In this document: positions 54,962-64,000 of the stretch, piece after piece | How positions within the stretch are numbered: position 1 is the stretch's first letter | Layout of the letters: each line of letters opens with the position of its first letter | Assembly: GCA_021848145.1 (NCBI GenBank) | Contig: JAJZMX010000005.1 | Coordinates: 25,528 to 89,527, forward strand | Reading direction: 5' to 3' | DNA from: a bacterium | Lineage (GTDB): Bacteria > Patescibacteriota > Saccharimonadia > Saccharimonadales > UBA4665 | DNA: 64,000 nucleotides | Made by a program: the position numbers and the translations under genes | The notes under the pieces: generated by a model | The model's input: the letters and a program-made list of their open reading frames with translations, nothing else | Databases searched by the model: none | What the model was told of the DNA's origin: nothing

Positions 54962-56215
54962 ATGAGCATAAATGTAGGTAATGAGAGTTTGGGTTTAGAA
55001 CAAAGCGTAGAGTTTAGGCCACGTTGTTTTTCTACTGATGACCCTTCAGTTATTGAAGAGGCCCGTAGACTAACGGCAAGAGTATATTTACAGCAAGGTT
55101 TTATCTCATTGGATCAAATTAACGAACGGCAAACCATTATTGATGATGCTGACCCATACATACCTCATTCTGAATATTATGTATTAATGGATGAAAACTG
55201 GAACGAGATTGTAGCAACTTCAAGGAAAATAAAATTTGATGAAGCTAGTGGTCAAAAATCTTTTCCTCTTTTAGACCATGAAGATAGTCTTGACCCAGTG
55301 TTATTTAGAAAAATTGAAGAAGTTGGCTTAGATAAAGTTATAGAGATCTCTGCTTTAGCCAAAGATAAAAATCTTGATTCGGATGATTTAGCAACTCTCA
55401 CAATTTATAAAGAGCTATTCCAAAATGCTTTACGCAATAGTAAGGACGAAAAATTATTCATAATGGCATGTAATCCTGCCTTATTCAGGAATTTCAAACA
55501 ACTGTTTAACGGTGCAATGCAACAAGTTGGCCCTGCGTTAGATTATCCGGGTCAGATAGCTATTCCCGCTATGTTTGATCTTCACGACGGACCCATATCA
55601 GTAATAGAAATGTCTAATGATGAGAATGACCCAAAGGCTGACTCTTACAAGTTCATAGTTGAATTTATGTTCAAAGGTTTAGCCAAAAGTGAAGTAGATC
55701 CCGATATCGTAAATGCCTTAGATAGTAACGGTCATGAAAATCTTTTAATCGATGATTTGAATAGCGATGATCAAATGCAAGATTCAATAAATGAAGGAAA
55801 GAAAAATTTTTGGAAAAGAAGGAGACCAGAACTAATTAGTGGCCTTGGACTAATAGCTTACACTGCAGCTAGAACTGCGGCAGTTGCAAAAGGACTTAGT
55901 CCATATAGTGCAGTAGACTGGAAAGTTTTTTTGGGGATAGAATTAGCCACAACACCACCTTATGTTTGGGGAGTCGGTGATTTAATTAGATCCCTTAAAA
56001 GCCCCGATGATTATTCCAAAAAGCAAAAAGTTGTTGCTGCTGCAATGGCTGGATCTACCTTATTGGCACCGTACGCATATATAGCCGCAGAAGGGGCTGG
56101 TATGCCCGAGCAGGCTTGGATAGGATTCTTTTCTGTAGCTGCGCTATGTCTTGCGATTCCAGCTCGAAAATTAATAAAAAATATAAGAAATAGGACTTTA
56201 AAAACCAATACCTAA
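54962..56215 (+). CDS. Hypothetical: N-terminal FeeM/LuxI-like (GNAT-fold) acyltransferase-like domain fused to a C-terminal 3-4 TM domain
   Basis: EEARRLTARVYLQQGFIS...YYVLMDENWNEIVATSRKI resembles N-acyl amino acid synthase families. C-terminal hydrophobic helices. No search was run. Confidence 0.3.
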   Translation: MSINVGNESLGLEQSVEFRPRCFSTDDPSVIEEARRLTARVYLQQGFISLDQINERQTIIDDADPYIPHSEYYVLMDENWNEIVATSRKIKFDEASGQKSFPLLDHEDSLDPVLFRKIEEVGLDKVIEISALAKDKNLDSDDLATLTIYKELFQNALRNSKDEKLFIMACNPALFRNFKQLFNGAMQQVGPALDYPGQIAIPAMFDLHDGPISVIEMSNDENDPKADSYKFIVEFMFKGLAKSEVDPDIVNALDSNGHENLLIDDLNSDDQMQDSINEGKKNFWKRRRPELISGLGLIAYTAARTAAVAKGLSPYSAVDWKVFLGIELATTPPYVWGVGDLIRSLKSPDDYSKKQKVVAAAMAGSTLLAPYAYIAAEGAGMPEQAWIGFFSVAALCLAIPARKLIKNIRNRTLKTNT

Positions 56216-56245
56216 CTTACTTAAGCTTTAGTATAATAAACATTA

Positions 56246-58465
56246 GTGGAACTAGTTTTACTACTTATTGGTCTATTTTTCAACTTAACTATAGGGATTA
56301 TTGTACTATCCAGTAATCACACTAGGTTAGAGAATAGGTTTGTTGCGCTTTCGGCGCTTTCATTATTGATCTGGGAGGTTTCCAATTTTCTGGCGGATCA
56401 AACAAGCAGACTCACATTATTCTGGAACAGAGCTACTTTTATTGGTCCTATTTTTATACTACTTTTTGCCGAGCTATTTATTTTATACCTTAGCGGTAAA
56501 AAAATTTCTAAAAAATCAGTTTTGCTACTCTTTGGTTTTTCTTTTATTGCTGCTGGTATTTCTTTATCTCCGTTTATGATAACTGGAGTTGAAGCTATTA
56601 AGGTTGGTAGGGTAATAAGTGGCTATAATCCAATTAATGGACCAGCTTATTTTGCCGTAATAGCTTGGACTCTCTATTTAATTGTTCGACTGATTGTTAG
56701 AATCACTCTTGCAAGGAAGCTTGCATTTGGAAAGTTAAAATCTCAGCTTAATGTAATTGTTATAGGAGCGATTGCTGCAGTACTCATATCTCTGTTAACC
56801 AATTTGGTTATTCCTAATATCACAAATAATACTTCAACCACTGAATTTGCTCCTTTTGCGAGCATCATTTTTATGGGCTCCTTGGCGTTGGCTATCGTTC
56901 AACATGGTTTGTTTGATATACGCTTAATAATTGCTAGAACTCTAGGTTATATATTTTCTTTGGTTACTCTGGGAGCGGCCTTTGTGGTAGTGGCGTATCT
57001 CTTAACGGGTACTATTTGGGCGCAGGCCAACCTTTCTTCATTAAGGTGGATATATGCAGTTTTAGCAGTTGTTTTAGCTATTGGATTCCCTCCATTAAAA
57101 AAGTTTTTTGATAAGGTGACTAACAAAGTTTTCTATAGGGATGCTTATGACGTACAGGCATTCCTAGATAACTTCAATAAGATAATTGTTTCTACCTTTG
57201 AGTTAAACAAGCTACTAAACAATATATTGGAGCTTGTAGGCTCAAACCTTAAACCAACTTACTGTCTATTTGGCCTAAAGGAAGACGACTACACCCCTAG
57301 AAAAATAGTAGGAACAATGAATTCCCCAGATTTTAAGGAAGAAGATATAAGCTATGTTCGAAGCATGACTCCTAAAATGCACCAGAAGATAATAGTTGCA
57401 GACATGCTTGAACCAGAGTACTCTCTGTTTCAGAAAAAACTTCAGCAAATTGACGTCTCTGTAATTGCCAGAATGACAACCTCTGTTGAAACTGAGGGCA
57501 TAGGATATTTAGTATTAGGTCCAAGAAAAAGTGGTAATGCATATAGTTCTCAGGATGTAAGAGCGCTTGAAATAATAGCCAATGAACTGGTTGTGGCTAT
57601 CCAAAACGCATTGCATACAGAAGAGATAGAAAGCTTTAACGTGACCCTTCAGGAAAAGGTTAAAGAAGCCACACGAAGATTAAGAAAATCTAATGAGAAA
57701 CTACGGGAACTCGATGAAGCTAAAGATGATTTCGTTAGTATGGCGTCCCACCAGTTGAGGACTCCTTTAACTAGTGTTAAGGGTAATATTAGCCTAGTTC
57801 TAGATGGTGACGCAGGACAAATTAGCGACCTTCAAAGACAATTACTTCAACAGGCATTTGCAAGTTCCCAACGAATGGTATTCTTAATTGCCGATTTACT
57901 TAATGTCTCAAGGCTTAAAACCGGGAAATTTGTCATTGATCGTGCGCCTGTAGATCTTGCTGCCGTTATTGAGGAGGAGGTAGGACAGTTAATGGACACT
58001 GCTGGATCGAGGAACTTAACGCTTGCATATAATAAACCTGAGCATATAACTTCTTTGATGCTAGATGACAATAAGACCCGTCAGGTAATAATGAACTTTG
58101 TAGATAACGCTATCTACTACACTCCTTCTGGAGGTAAAATCGACGTTCAGTTAACAGAAACACCCTATGCGGTGGAATGCAGGGTTGTAGATAATGGTAT
58201 TGGTGTACCTAAAAGCGAAGAGCACCACCTGTTTACTAAGTTTTACCGGGCCGCTAATGCCAGAAAGGCTAGACCAGACGGAACTGGATTAGGTTTATTT
58301 ATGGCCAAAAAGGTTATCGTATCTGAAGGCGGAGCCTTAATATTCAAATCCCAAGAGGGTAAAGGCAGTACTTTTGGCTTTAGTTTCCCCAAGTCTTCAT
58401 TATCTGTAGAAAATTTTCCCAAAAATAAAGTACCTCCAAAAAAGAACGAAAAAGTACCAGCATAG
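56246..58465 (+). CDS. Membrane sensor histidine kinase
   Basis: About 8 N-terminal TM helices, H-box SHQLRTPLTS, N box, G boxes DNGIGVP and GTGLGL. GTG start. Confidence 0.88.
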   Translation: MELVLLLIGLFFNLTIGIIVLSSNHTRLENRFVALSALSLLIWEVSNFLADQTSRLTLFWNRATFIGPIFILLFAELFILYLSGKKISKKSVLLLFGFSFIAAGISLSPFMITGVEAIKVGRVISGYNPINGPAYFAVIAWTLYLIVRLIVRITLARKLAFGKLKSQLNVIVIGAIAAVLISLLTNLVIPNITNNTSTTEFAPFASIIFMGSLALAIVQHGLFDIRLIIARTLGYIFSLVTLGAAFVVVAYLLTGTIWAQANLSSLRWIYAVLAVVLAIGFPPLKKFFDKVTNKVFYRDAYDVQAFLDNFNKIIVSTFELNKLLNNILELVGSNLKPTYCLFGLKEDDYTPRKIVGTMNSPDFKEEDISYVRSMTPKMHQKIIVADMLEPEYSLFQKKLQQIDVSVIARMTTSVETEGIGYLVLGPRKSGNAYSSQDVRALEIIANELVVAIQNALHTEEIESFNVTLQEKVKEATRRLRKSNEKLRELDEAKDDFVSMASHQLRTPLTSVKGNISLVLDGDAGQISDLQRQLLQQAFASSQRMVFLIADLLNVSRLKTGKFVIDRAPVDLAAVIEEEVGQLMDTAGSRNLTLAYNKPEHITSLMLDDNKTRQVIMNFVDNAIYYTPSGGKIDVQLTETPYAVECRVVDNGIGVPKSEEHHLFTKFYRAANARKARPDGTGLGLFMAKKVIVSEGGALIFKSQEGKGSTFGFSFPKSSLSVENFPKNKVPPKKNEKVPA

Positions 58466-58516
58466 TCTAATACAACAGAATTGACAAAAAAGCATAAATA
58501 GTGTAGTATTACTACT

Positions 58517-59413
58517 ATGAATTTGGAGTCCTTTGGGGAGGTTGCCAATTATGTTGTTCCTGCCGCTACAGTAGCAGGTTGTGCTGTTGGTGTCTTAGGT
58601 GAAACTTTGGCTTTAAGACATATAAAACAAAACCGCGAAGCAGCGTTAGTCGGATATCAGGACGTGGACTTACGAGTAAAAAGCAACAGATTACTTAGGC
58701 CTTTTGCGACCTTAGCATTAATCGGGGCAGCAGTAGGTTTTTCTGCAGGAGAAGCAGCAACAGCTACTTCAACCGTTGAGATGGCAGGTCATGCCGCTAT
58801 AACAATAGCTATGGACCAGAGCAGGATGACAACTATAGGTGGGGTCAACAATGAAATGGATAAAATAGCTGAAACTATCCATGCAGACAATGGTCTGAGT
58901 GAAACTTGGGTATCATCATCCGCTAGCACAAGCTTGCCTGTTAGCTACAATAAACTTATAAATACACAACCCTTTGGCCAACCATCTATAGATCAAGGTT
59001 ATGCTACGGCTACTGCGGTTATTGCTGGTTCAAACAACGGCGTAAACAAGGCAGAGGCGATAGTGGTTTTGACTGATGGAAATGATATTGGCGGTATTGC
59101 TCAAATTAAGTCAGAAGATGCTACAAATACGCCTACATACATCGTCAACTTTGGAAATAATGCAGATAAGGCTGCGTTGAGCCAAGCAGCTATCTCTACT
59201 GGCGGAAAGTATATTAACGCCAAGAGCGTAGATCAGGTCATGAAAGGCATCAAGCATGATATATCCCCTAAGCCTATTAAAGAAAAAGTACGTAATAACC
59301 CATGGCCTTGGGTTGGAATATCGGCTTTCTTAGCTGCAGTTGATACTAAATATTTTTTCCATAGACGAAAACATTCGGCTGTCACGACAAGTAAATCAAG
59401 GATAAAGGAGTAG
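58517..59413 (+). CDS. Membrane-anchored von Willebrand factor A (vWA)-like protein
   Basis: N- and C-terminal TM helices, with AIVVLTDGNDIGG and STGGKYINAKSVDQV segments typical of vWA/BatA-like proteins. Confidence 0.5.
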   Translation: MNLESFGEVANYVVPAATVAGCAVGVLGETLALRHIKQNREAALVGYQDVDLRVKSNRLLRPFATLALIGAAVGFSAGEAATATSTVEMAGHAAITIAMDQSRMTTIGGVNNEMDKIAETIHADNGLSETWVSSSASTSLPVSYNKLINTQPFGQPSIDQGYATATAVIAGSNNGVNKAEAIVVLTDGNDIGGIAQIKSEDATNTPTYIVNFGNNADKAALSQAAISTGGKYINAKSVDQVMKGIKHDISPKPIKEKVRNNPWPWVGISAFLAAVDTKYFFHRRKHSAVTTSKSRIKE

Positions 59414-59416
59414 ATT

Positions 59417-60502
59417 ATGAAACCACTAGTACCATCTTTAGAAGCCAACCCTAGCGTTTTAGCTCAAGGTTTTTATGAAAATGTCCATGATCGTATGGAT
59501 ATAGTTATTGCCGGTGAAAGCCAGGCAAAAGACATGATTTCCACTCTCCTCATAACAGGGGCCACCGATGGGATGGCAGGAATTCTTATGGGCCCTCCGG
59601 GAGGCGTTAAATCTGGTTTTCTAGAGTATGCTCCTCTCCTAGTAGAGGGCACACAGAGCGATGAAATAGCTAGACTAAAAGGTCGTGTGGATGTTACACC
59701 AGGACAGGTTCTAGGTAAAGAAACAAGACTTAAAAAGGTCGCAGATGGAGTAACTTCTATATTGTCAGCTAAGCAGGATCCCTTAATAAATCGGTATACC
59801 AGGTTTATAACTGCCGACGAGGCTAACAGAACATCGCCTCACTTAAATAATGCTCTACTTGACCTTATGCAAAGAGGAAGAATAGAAGCATACGAGGACG
59901 GTCGTCCAGTAGAAGTTGAAGATATTGATCTTATTCTGGCGGCTATTAACAACTATGGAACTAGACACACCTTTGATCTAGATCCTGCACATATCAGCCG
60001 AATGGCCTTAGGTGCATTTGTAGGAATAAGGCGTAAAGGTGAATTAAGCTCTGGGGGTATGTCACTTTTGTATAGTGATAAGTATGATTCGAACAATCAA
60101 GTTGACATAAATGATCTTGCAAAAGACCTATCAACAGGCTATACGCGCAAACACATACTTAAGATCAGAGAGAATATACCTCAAGTATTACTTAGTACAG
60201 AGAAAAAAGCACTAATTGAACGCCTAGCTGTAAGTGCACTAGACCGCTTTGAATATGATCATGAAGCCGACGGTAAGCACCAAAGAGCACTTGGACTTAC
60301 AATTGCAGACGGTAGATTCATTAAGCAAATGAAGAAAACATCAAGGGTTATCTCGATGATGAAGGGTAACGAAAAGGTTGAAGATACAGATGTAATAGAC
60401 AGCTTTAATTTTGCTTTAACTGCAAAGATTGGAGCAATTGGACACACTGCCCTTCAAACTGCAGAAATTATACATGACATATTTGAAGAGGCTGCGTCCT
60501 AG
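59417..60502 (+). CDS. MoxR/RavA-family AAA+ ATPase
   Basis: Walker A GPPGGVKSG and Walker B/sensor region ITADEANRTSPHLNNALLDLMQRGRIE. Confidence 0.7.
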   Translation: MKPLVPSLEANPSVLAQGFYENVHDRMDIVIAGESQAKDMISTLLITGATDGMAGILMGPPGGVKSGFLEYAPLLVEGTQSDEIARLKGRVDVTPGQVLGKETRLKKVADGVTSILSAKQDPLINRYTRFITADEANRTSPHLNNALLDLMQRGRIEAYEDGRPVEVEDIDLILAAINNYGTRHTFDLDPAHISRMALGAFVGIRRKGELSSGGMSLLYSDKYDSNNQVDINDLAKDLSTGYTRKHILKIRENIPQVLLSTEKKALIERLAVSALDRFEYDHEADGKHQRALGLTIADGRFIKQMKKTSRVISMMKGNEKVEDTDVIDSFNFALTAKIGAIGHTALQTAEIIHDIFEEAAS

Positions 60503-60515
60503 AAGGGAATAGGAA

Positions 60516-61343
60516 ATGGCAGTCTTGAATGAGACAGCAAGAGCAGTATCTAATTTAAAGGGCAATTTTCCCCAATATGGTAACCACTTGAGTACCTCAA
60601 TAGGTATTGGGGAAACGGGTATATTGGTTGGAGAAGAGATGTTTGATGCTGACATCCATGAAGTTAGTGATATAGACCCCCTTTCGTTAACTGGCTTTGC
60701 CCTCGGAGAAGACTTTAACTTTGTTAACCAAGAAATACCTTTTAGGGCAATGGATATGAGAGTTGTTGTTGAATCCGACCTTGGCCAGTCTAGAATGGAT
60801 TGGTTAAGACCTGTCGAAAAAGCCAAAGAAGATGCAGCGCGCTCTTTCATAGATACTTTATATAGAGTTAAAAACCCCGAAGATCTTCTTAGTCTTTATG
60901 TAATTGGTTCTAAAGAAAATAGTGAAGCTTTCGGTCCAAGAGCTATATTTGAGCAAACAGAAGATCCTGAAGATAACGCTGACGCAATAGCAGATTTATG
61001 TCGCAAGGGTCTAAATATTGTAATTAGTAATTTTGAGCTACCGATTAGGAGGGAAAGGCATGACTTTAGCCGAACCCTAGGAATCAAGATAAACCATGAG
61101 AGAGAGCTTCAGTTATTACCAAATACAGGTTTCTGGAGCATGGGCGGCATTGAAGATGTCGACACCCATAAACGTAAACAATTGGTTCATGCTAACGAAC
61201 GTTTGGCTATAAAACACACAGCTATAACTGATAGGCTTCAAAAAGCAGGTATGCAAGTTGTTCAAATTGCGGTTAATGGTAAGGGAGTAGACTGGCAGTC
61301 GTATGATGAAAGAATAGCAAGAGCTGTGGAAAAGATAAACTAA
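60516..61343 (+). CDS. DUF58-like/vWA-fold partner of MoxR (tentative)
   Basis: Its position is that of the DUF58 gene in MoxR operons. Sequence cues are only weak (NIVISNFELP). Confidence 0.35.
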   Translation: MAVLNETARAVSNLKGNFPQYGNHLSTSIGIGETGILVGEEMFDADIHEVSDIDPLSLTGFALGEDFNFVNQEIPFRAMDMRVVVESDLGQSRMDWLRPVEKAKEDAARSFIDTLYRVKNPEDLLSLYVIGSKENSEAFGPRAIFEQTEDPEDNADAIADLCRKGLNIVISNFELPIRRERHDFSRTLGIKINHERELQLLPNTGFWSMGGIEDVDTHKRKQLVHANERLAIKHTAITDRLQKAGMQVVQIAVNGKGVDWQSYDERIARAVEKIN

Positions 61344-61452
61344 TAAGGTACTTGACAATAAGCCAATACAATGATATCCTTTATACGAAATAATAGAGAC
61401 AGCGCGAAAATAGTTAGGGTGGGCTATGGGTGTTTTAAGAAGGAGGCCCACT

Positions 61453-63135
61453 GTGAATAGAGAATTATTAAACTTATATTCTCCAGAAAATTACGGAATT
61501 CATTCAATTGCTGAAAGACAGGCCATAGCAAATAGCCATAAGTCACAAGCTGGTGTAATTAAAGAAGGCTCTGTAGTTGCAGAACCTAATATGGCTGTAG
61601 TGCCTGAAGAAGCTGTCTCAACTTCTTCGATACCAACACCAACACCAACTGTAAACCATTTATCCAACTTCAGTGATACATTGCGTTACATCAATGGTGG
61701 AGAACTTACTACCGAAGCTGAAGATAATGGCTCTCACCCTAATAGACTGAAGGGGATTCTAGCAGTAGCTAGTAAAAAAGTAAGTAATGGCATAGATAAG
61801 ATAAAGAATCCTTCTGAGTGGCTAAGGCGTCGCCGGATAGTACCTGCCGTCGGAGCTTTAGCTTTAGTACTTGCTGGGTGTTCTACGACCGCATCTAACC
61901 ATCATGCTAGCAGCAGCCCGATTGTTTCTAAGAGCGCTAAAAGCAAAGACGGTAGCATGGATCTTACTAGTTCAATTCCGGCTAGCTGGTCTAACGGTGC
62001 CTTTTTCCCGAGTAATTCTGTGAATAGCTACAGTAGTGCAGCCAACCGTGTAAAGAGCTGGTTCTCCAAAGAGCCACTAAACGCTAATGGCATAACGGAA
62101 AGAGCTTCACTGGCTATTGGTGAAGTTATAGCCCAAGAAGCGTTGGACCAAGGCGGCGCTATTAAGAATACTACTGATTTCCAAAGTGCATATAAGACTG
62201 CTTATGACAACATGGAAGGTTCTAACGGAGTTAGCTATGCAAAGAAGTATCTAAGTGAAGTTGGGTCTGTTTTTGAGAGTACCGAAACTTATACGGGCAA
62301 CTTTCCTGGAACAACCTACTTCCAGCTTACATCAACTTCTGGTGATGCATTAAATATTAATGAAGTCACTAACCCTGCGACTAAGGGTCTTGAGTTTAGT
62401 GTTCCTAAGGGAACATACGTTGAAGTAAATGGTAAAAAAGTTCCTCTGCATAGCATTGATCCAATTTTGGTTGCTAACGATGGAACTATTTATGTTGCAG
62501 GTTTGATGCCAATGGGCGGAAACAAGCCAAATACAGTTAACCAATCTAGTGCTGCCCCTAACAAGACGCCAAACCAGAACAATAATAACCAGAACCAAGC
62601 TCCTAGTGGCTCTCAGTCTCCAAACAATACTAATCAGGGGCTAGGCATTGGCAATACGCCTTCCGGTAACGCTTCTGAAACATCTACCGTTAATAATGTT
62701 GGCGCAGGCGTAGCCGCTAGTGGTACGACAGGAAGCCCTCAACCTACTAAAGGGACAGGTCCTGGCACGATCACTGGAACTAAAGGTACTGGCGCTGGCA
62801 GCGGTGGCGAAGGTGGTGGCGGTGGTACCTCAACTCCTGGTCCTGGTGCTGGTAATGTAGGCTCTGGCGTTGGAGTAGGTGGATCAGGCGCTGGCAGCGG
62901 TGGCGAGGGTGGTGGTGGCGTAGTTGGTACTCCACCCGAAGTTCCACCAACACCAACACCAACTCCGACTCCGACACCAACACCAACACCAACTCCAGAA
63001 AAACCTCCAGTTCCTGTAATTGTTGACAATCAAGGTTCAGATCCATTTCAAGCAAATGGCTCAATGGCCAACACTTCCACATCGCCAATTTCTTCTAGTA
63101 CGACAACTTCATCAACAGGTGGGCTAGCGCAATAA
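61453..63135 (+). CDS. Low-complexity lipoprotein/surface protein (Asn/Gln-rich, Gly-rich and (Thr-Pro)n segments)
   Basis: Lipobox-like LAGC after a TM segment. Repeats GAGSGGEGGGG x2 and (TP)12. I prefer GTG 61453, 6 nt after AGGAGG, over the track ATG 61426. Confidence 0.6.
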   Translation: MNRELLNLYSPENYGIHSIAERQAIANSHKSQAGVIKEGSVVAEPNMAVVPEEAVSTSSIPTPTPTVNHLSNFSDTLRYINGGELTTEAEDNGSHPNRLKGILAVASKKVSNGIDKIKNPSEWLRRRRIVPAVGALALVLAGCSTTASNHHASSSPIVSKSAKSKDGSMDLTSSIPASWSNGAFFPSNSVNSYSSAANRVKSWFSKEPLNANGITERASLAIGEVIAQEALDQGGAIKNTTDFQSAYKTAYDNMEGSNGVSYAKKYLSEVGSVFESTETYTGNFPGTTYFQLTSTSGDALNINEVTNPATKGLEFSVPKGTYVEVNGKKVPLHSIDPILVANDGTIYVAGLMPMGGNKPNTVNQSSAAPNKTPNQNNNNQNQAPSGSQSPNNTNQGLGIGNTPSGNASETSTVNNVGAGVAASGTTGSPQPTKGTGPGTITGTKGTGAGSGGEGGGGGTSTPGPGAGNVGSGVGVGGSGAGSGGEGGGGVVGTPPEVPPTPTPTPTPTPTPTPTPEKPPVPVIVDNQGSDPFQANGSMANTSTSPISSSTTTSSTGGLAQ

Positions 63136-63154
63136 TAGCTAAGGAGTAATGACA

Positions 63155-64000
63155 ATGAATATTTTTAAGAGAGTATTAATATCAGGAGCGGCTACAGTCT
63201 TAGCTACGACAGCTATGCTCATAGGAATGGGCGGTAGTGCATTTGCCGACTGTTTCCAGTACAACCAAAATGGTTTCCAAACATCATCCACGCCAGTGTT
63301 TAACAACATCTGTGGAGTACCTGGTGTTGGCAACGAATCAGACTTTGTTAGGATTCGTCAGGACGTAAGCGGCAACGATACCAATAACAATAACAACCCG
63401 GCTTACACTGCAGGAACATTAGCTTCCCAGTGTAGCGATGGTACTAAGTACGATGTCTGGAACTATCTCCATAACGATGCCTACTCACAAGATAACAACA
63501 ATGGTACCGGTTCTGCTATAGCTCAAGGAGTTATTAGCACTATGACAGCACCCCTAGGCACTAAAGGATCAAGCTTTAAGTTTAGAGACCAAGTTAGTGC
63601 TACTAATGCCGCTAGTGTTCACGATAGTGTGATCTTAAATTGTAATGACCAAAACGTTACTCTTAGCTTAGTTCCTGGAACAGTAAACATTTTTAGCGCT
63701 CCATATGGCAGCGCATGGAAAAACTTACCAGATACTACTATTAACAATCCTCTCCAGCTAGGTAGTCCAAACTTTGGTAGCGGCACTATGTGGGGATGCT
63801 GGGAATACCGTATGGTAGTCGTTTATCAGGTTAAAGTTACTAGCGTTAAAGTACCACCCAAAGTTCCTCCTAAGGCTCCACCGACTACACCTCCTACAAC
63901 CCCTCCAACTACACCACCCTCTACTCCACCAAAAACTCTAGTTAATACTGGCCCTGGTACTAGTGGCATAGTTGCAGCTTTCACTTTAGTTACGATAATT
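63155..64000 (+). CDS. Secreted surface protein with LPXTG-like (LVNTG) sorting signal; 3' end runs to or past the window edge
   Basis: My own translation: AAGGAG RBS, signal peptide MNIFKRVLISGAATVLATTAMLIGMGGSAFA, Pro/Thr stalk, then KTLVNTGPG followed by a hydrophobic stretch at the window end. This ORF is not in the supplied track. Confidence 0.65.
   Translation, partial: MNIFKRVLISGAATVLATTAMLIGMGGSAFADCFQYNQNGFQTSSTPVFNNICGVPGVGNESDFVRIRQDVSGNDTNNNNNPAYTAGTLASQCSDGTKYDVWNYLHNDAYSQDNNNGTGSAIAQGVISTMTAPLGTKGSSFKFRDQVSATNAASVHDSVILNCNDQNVTLSLVPGTVNIFSAPYGSAWKNLPDTTINNPLQLGSPNFGSGTMWGCWEYRMVVVYQVKVTSVKVPPKVPPKAPPTTPPTTPPTTPPSTPPKTLVNTGPGTSGIVAAFTLVTII

Noticed and set aside
62739-63088. 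Two minus-strand ORFs (96 and 102 aa)
   Set aside because: They are antisense to the Gly-rich and (TP)n coding repeats and are low-complexity artefacts.

Overview
The window is a gene-dense, moderately AT-rich bacterial chromosome segment. Its gene content suggests a reduced Gram-positive-type or CPR (Saccharibacteria-like) genome; this is inference only: RNase Y, TsaBE, MurA/B/D, two LCP proteins, an Rpf/LysM protein, a sortase-type surface protein, many short overlapping genes, and CCA encoded in every tRNA. I count about 75 CDS and 9 tRNA genes (Pro-TGG, Pro-CGG, His-GTG, Arg-TCT, Gly-TCC, Arg-CCG, Arg-TCG, Lys-CTT). I saw no rRNA and no CRISPR. Housekeeping blocks lie at 0.2-27 kb and 43-54 kb and cover cell wall, folate/one-carbon metabolism, metal transport and ABC/MMPL export. 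The clearly accessory part is about 28.6-43.2 kb, with a smaller one at 49.0-50.5 kb. It ends at the 3' end of tRNA-Arg(TCG) and carries five type II toxin-antitoxin (TA) pairs plus an HTH-Fic protein, a nucleotidyltransferase, a SemiSWEET, and an 8-gene translationally coupled operon of small-molecule kinases and hydrolases. No integrase is visible. The most unusual signal is a five-member family of roughly 100-106 nt, apparently structured repeats with 65-110 nt tails containing tRNA-Arg 3'-end fragments. These repeats bracket individual cassettes (the nucleotidyltransferase, a BrnTA pair) and mostly begin a few nt after stop codons. That resembles integron attC cassette arrays, but the canonical core sites and an integrase are absent. 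Other points of interest: an HTH-MurA fusion, a MurD plus PP-loop (MurL-like) pair, a TPCP-motif P1B ATPase, a promoter-hairpin-T8 leader in front of a two-component/acyltransferase cluster, a MoxR-vWA cluster with a Gly/Pro-Thr low-complexity lipoprotein, and a NUDIX gene apparently 5'-truncated next to a RelE/ParE insertion near tRNA-Lys.
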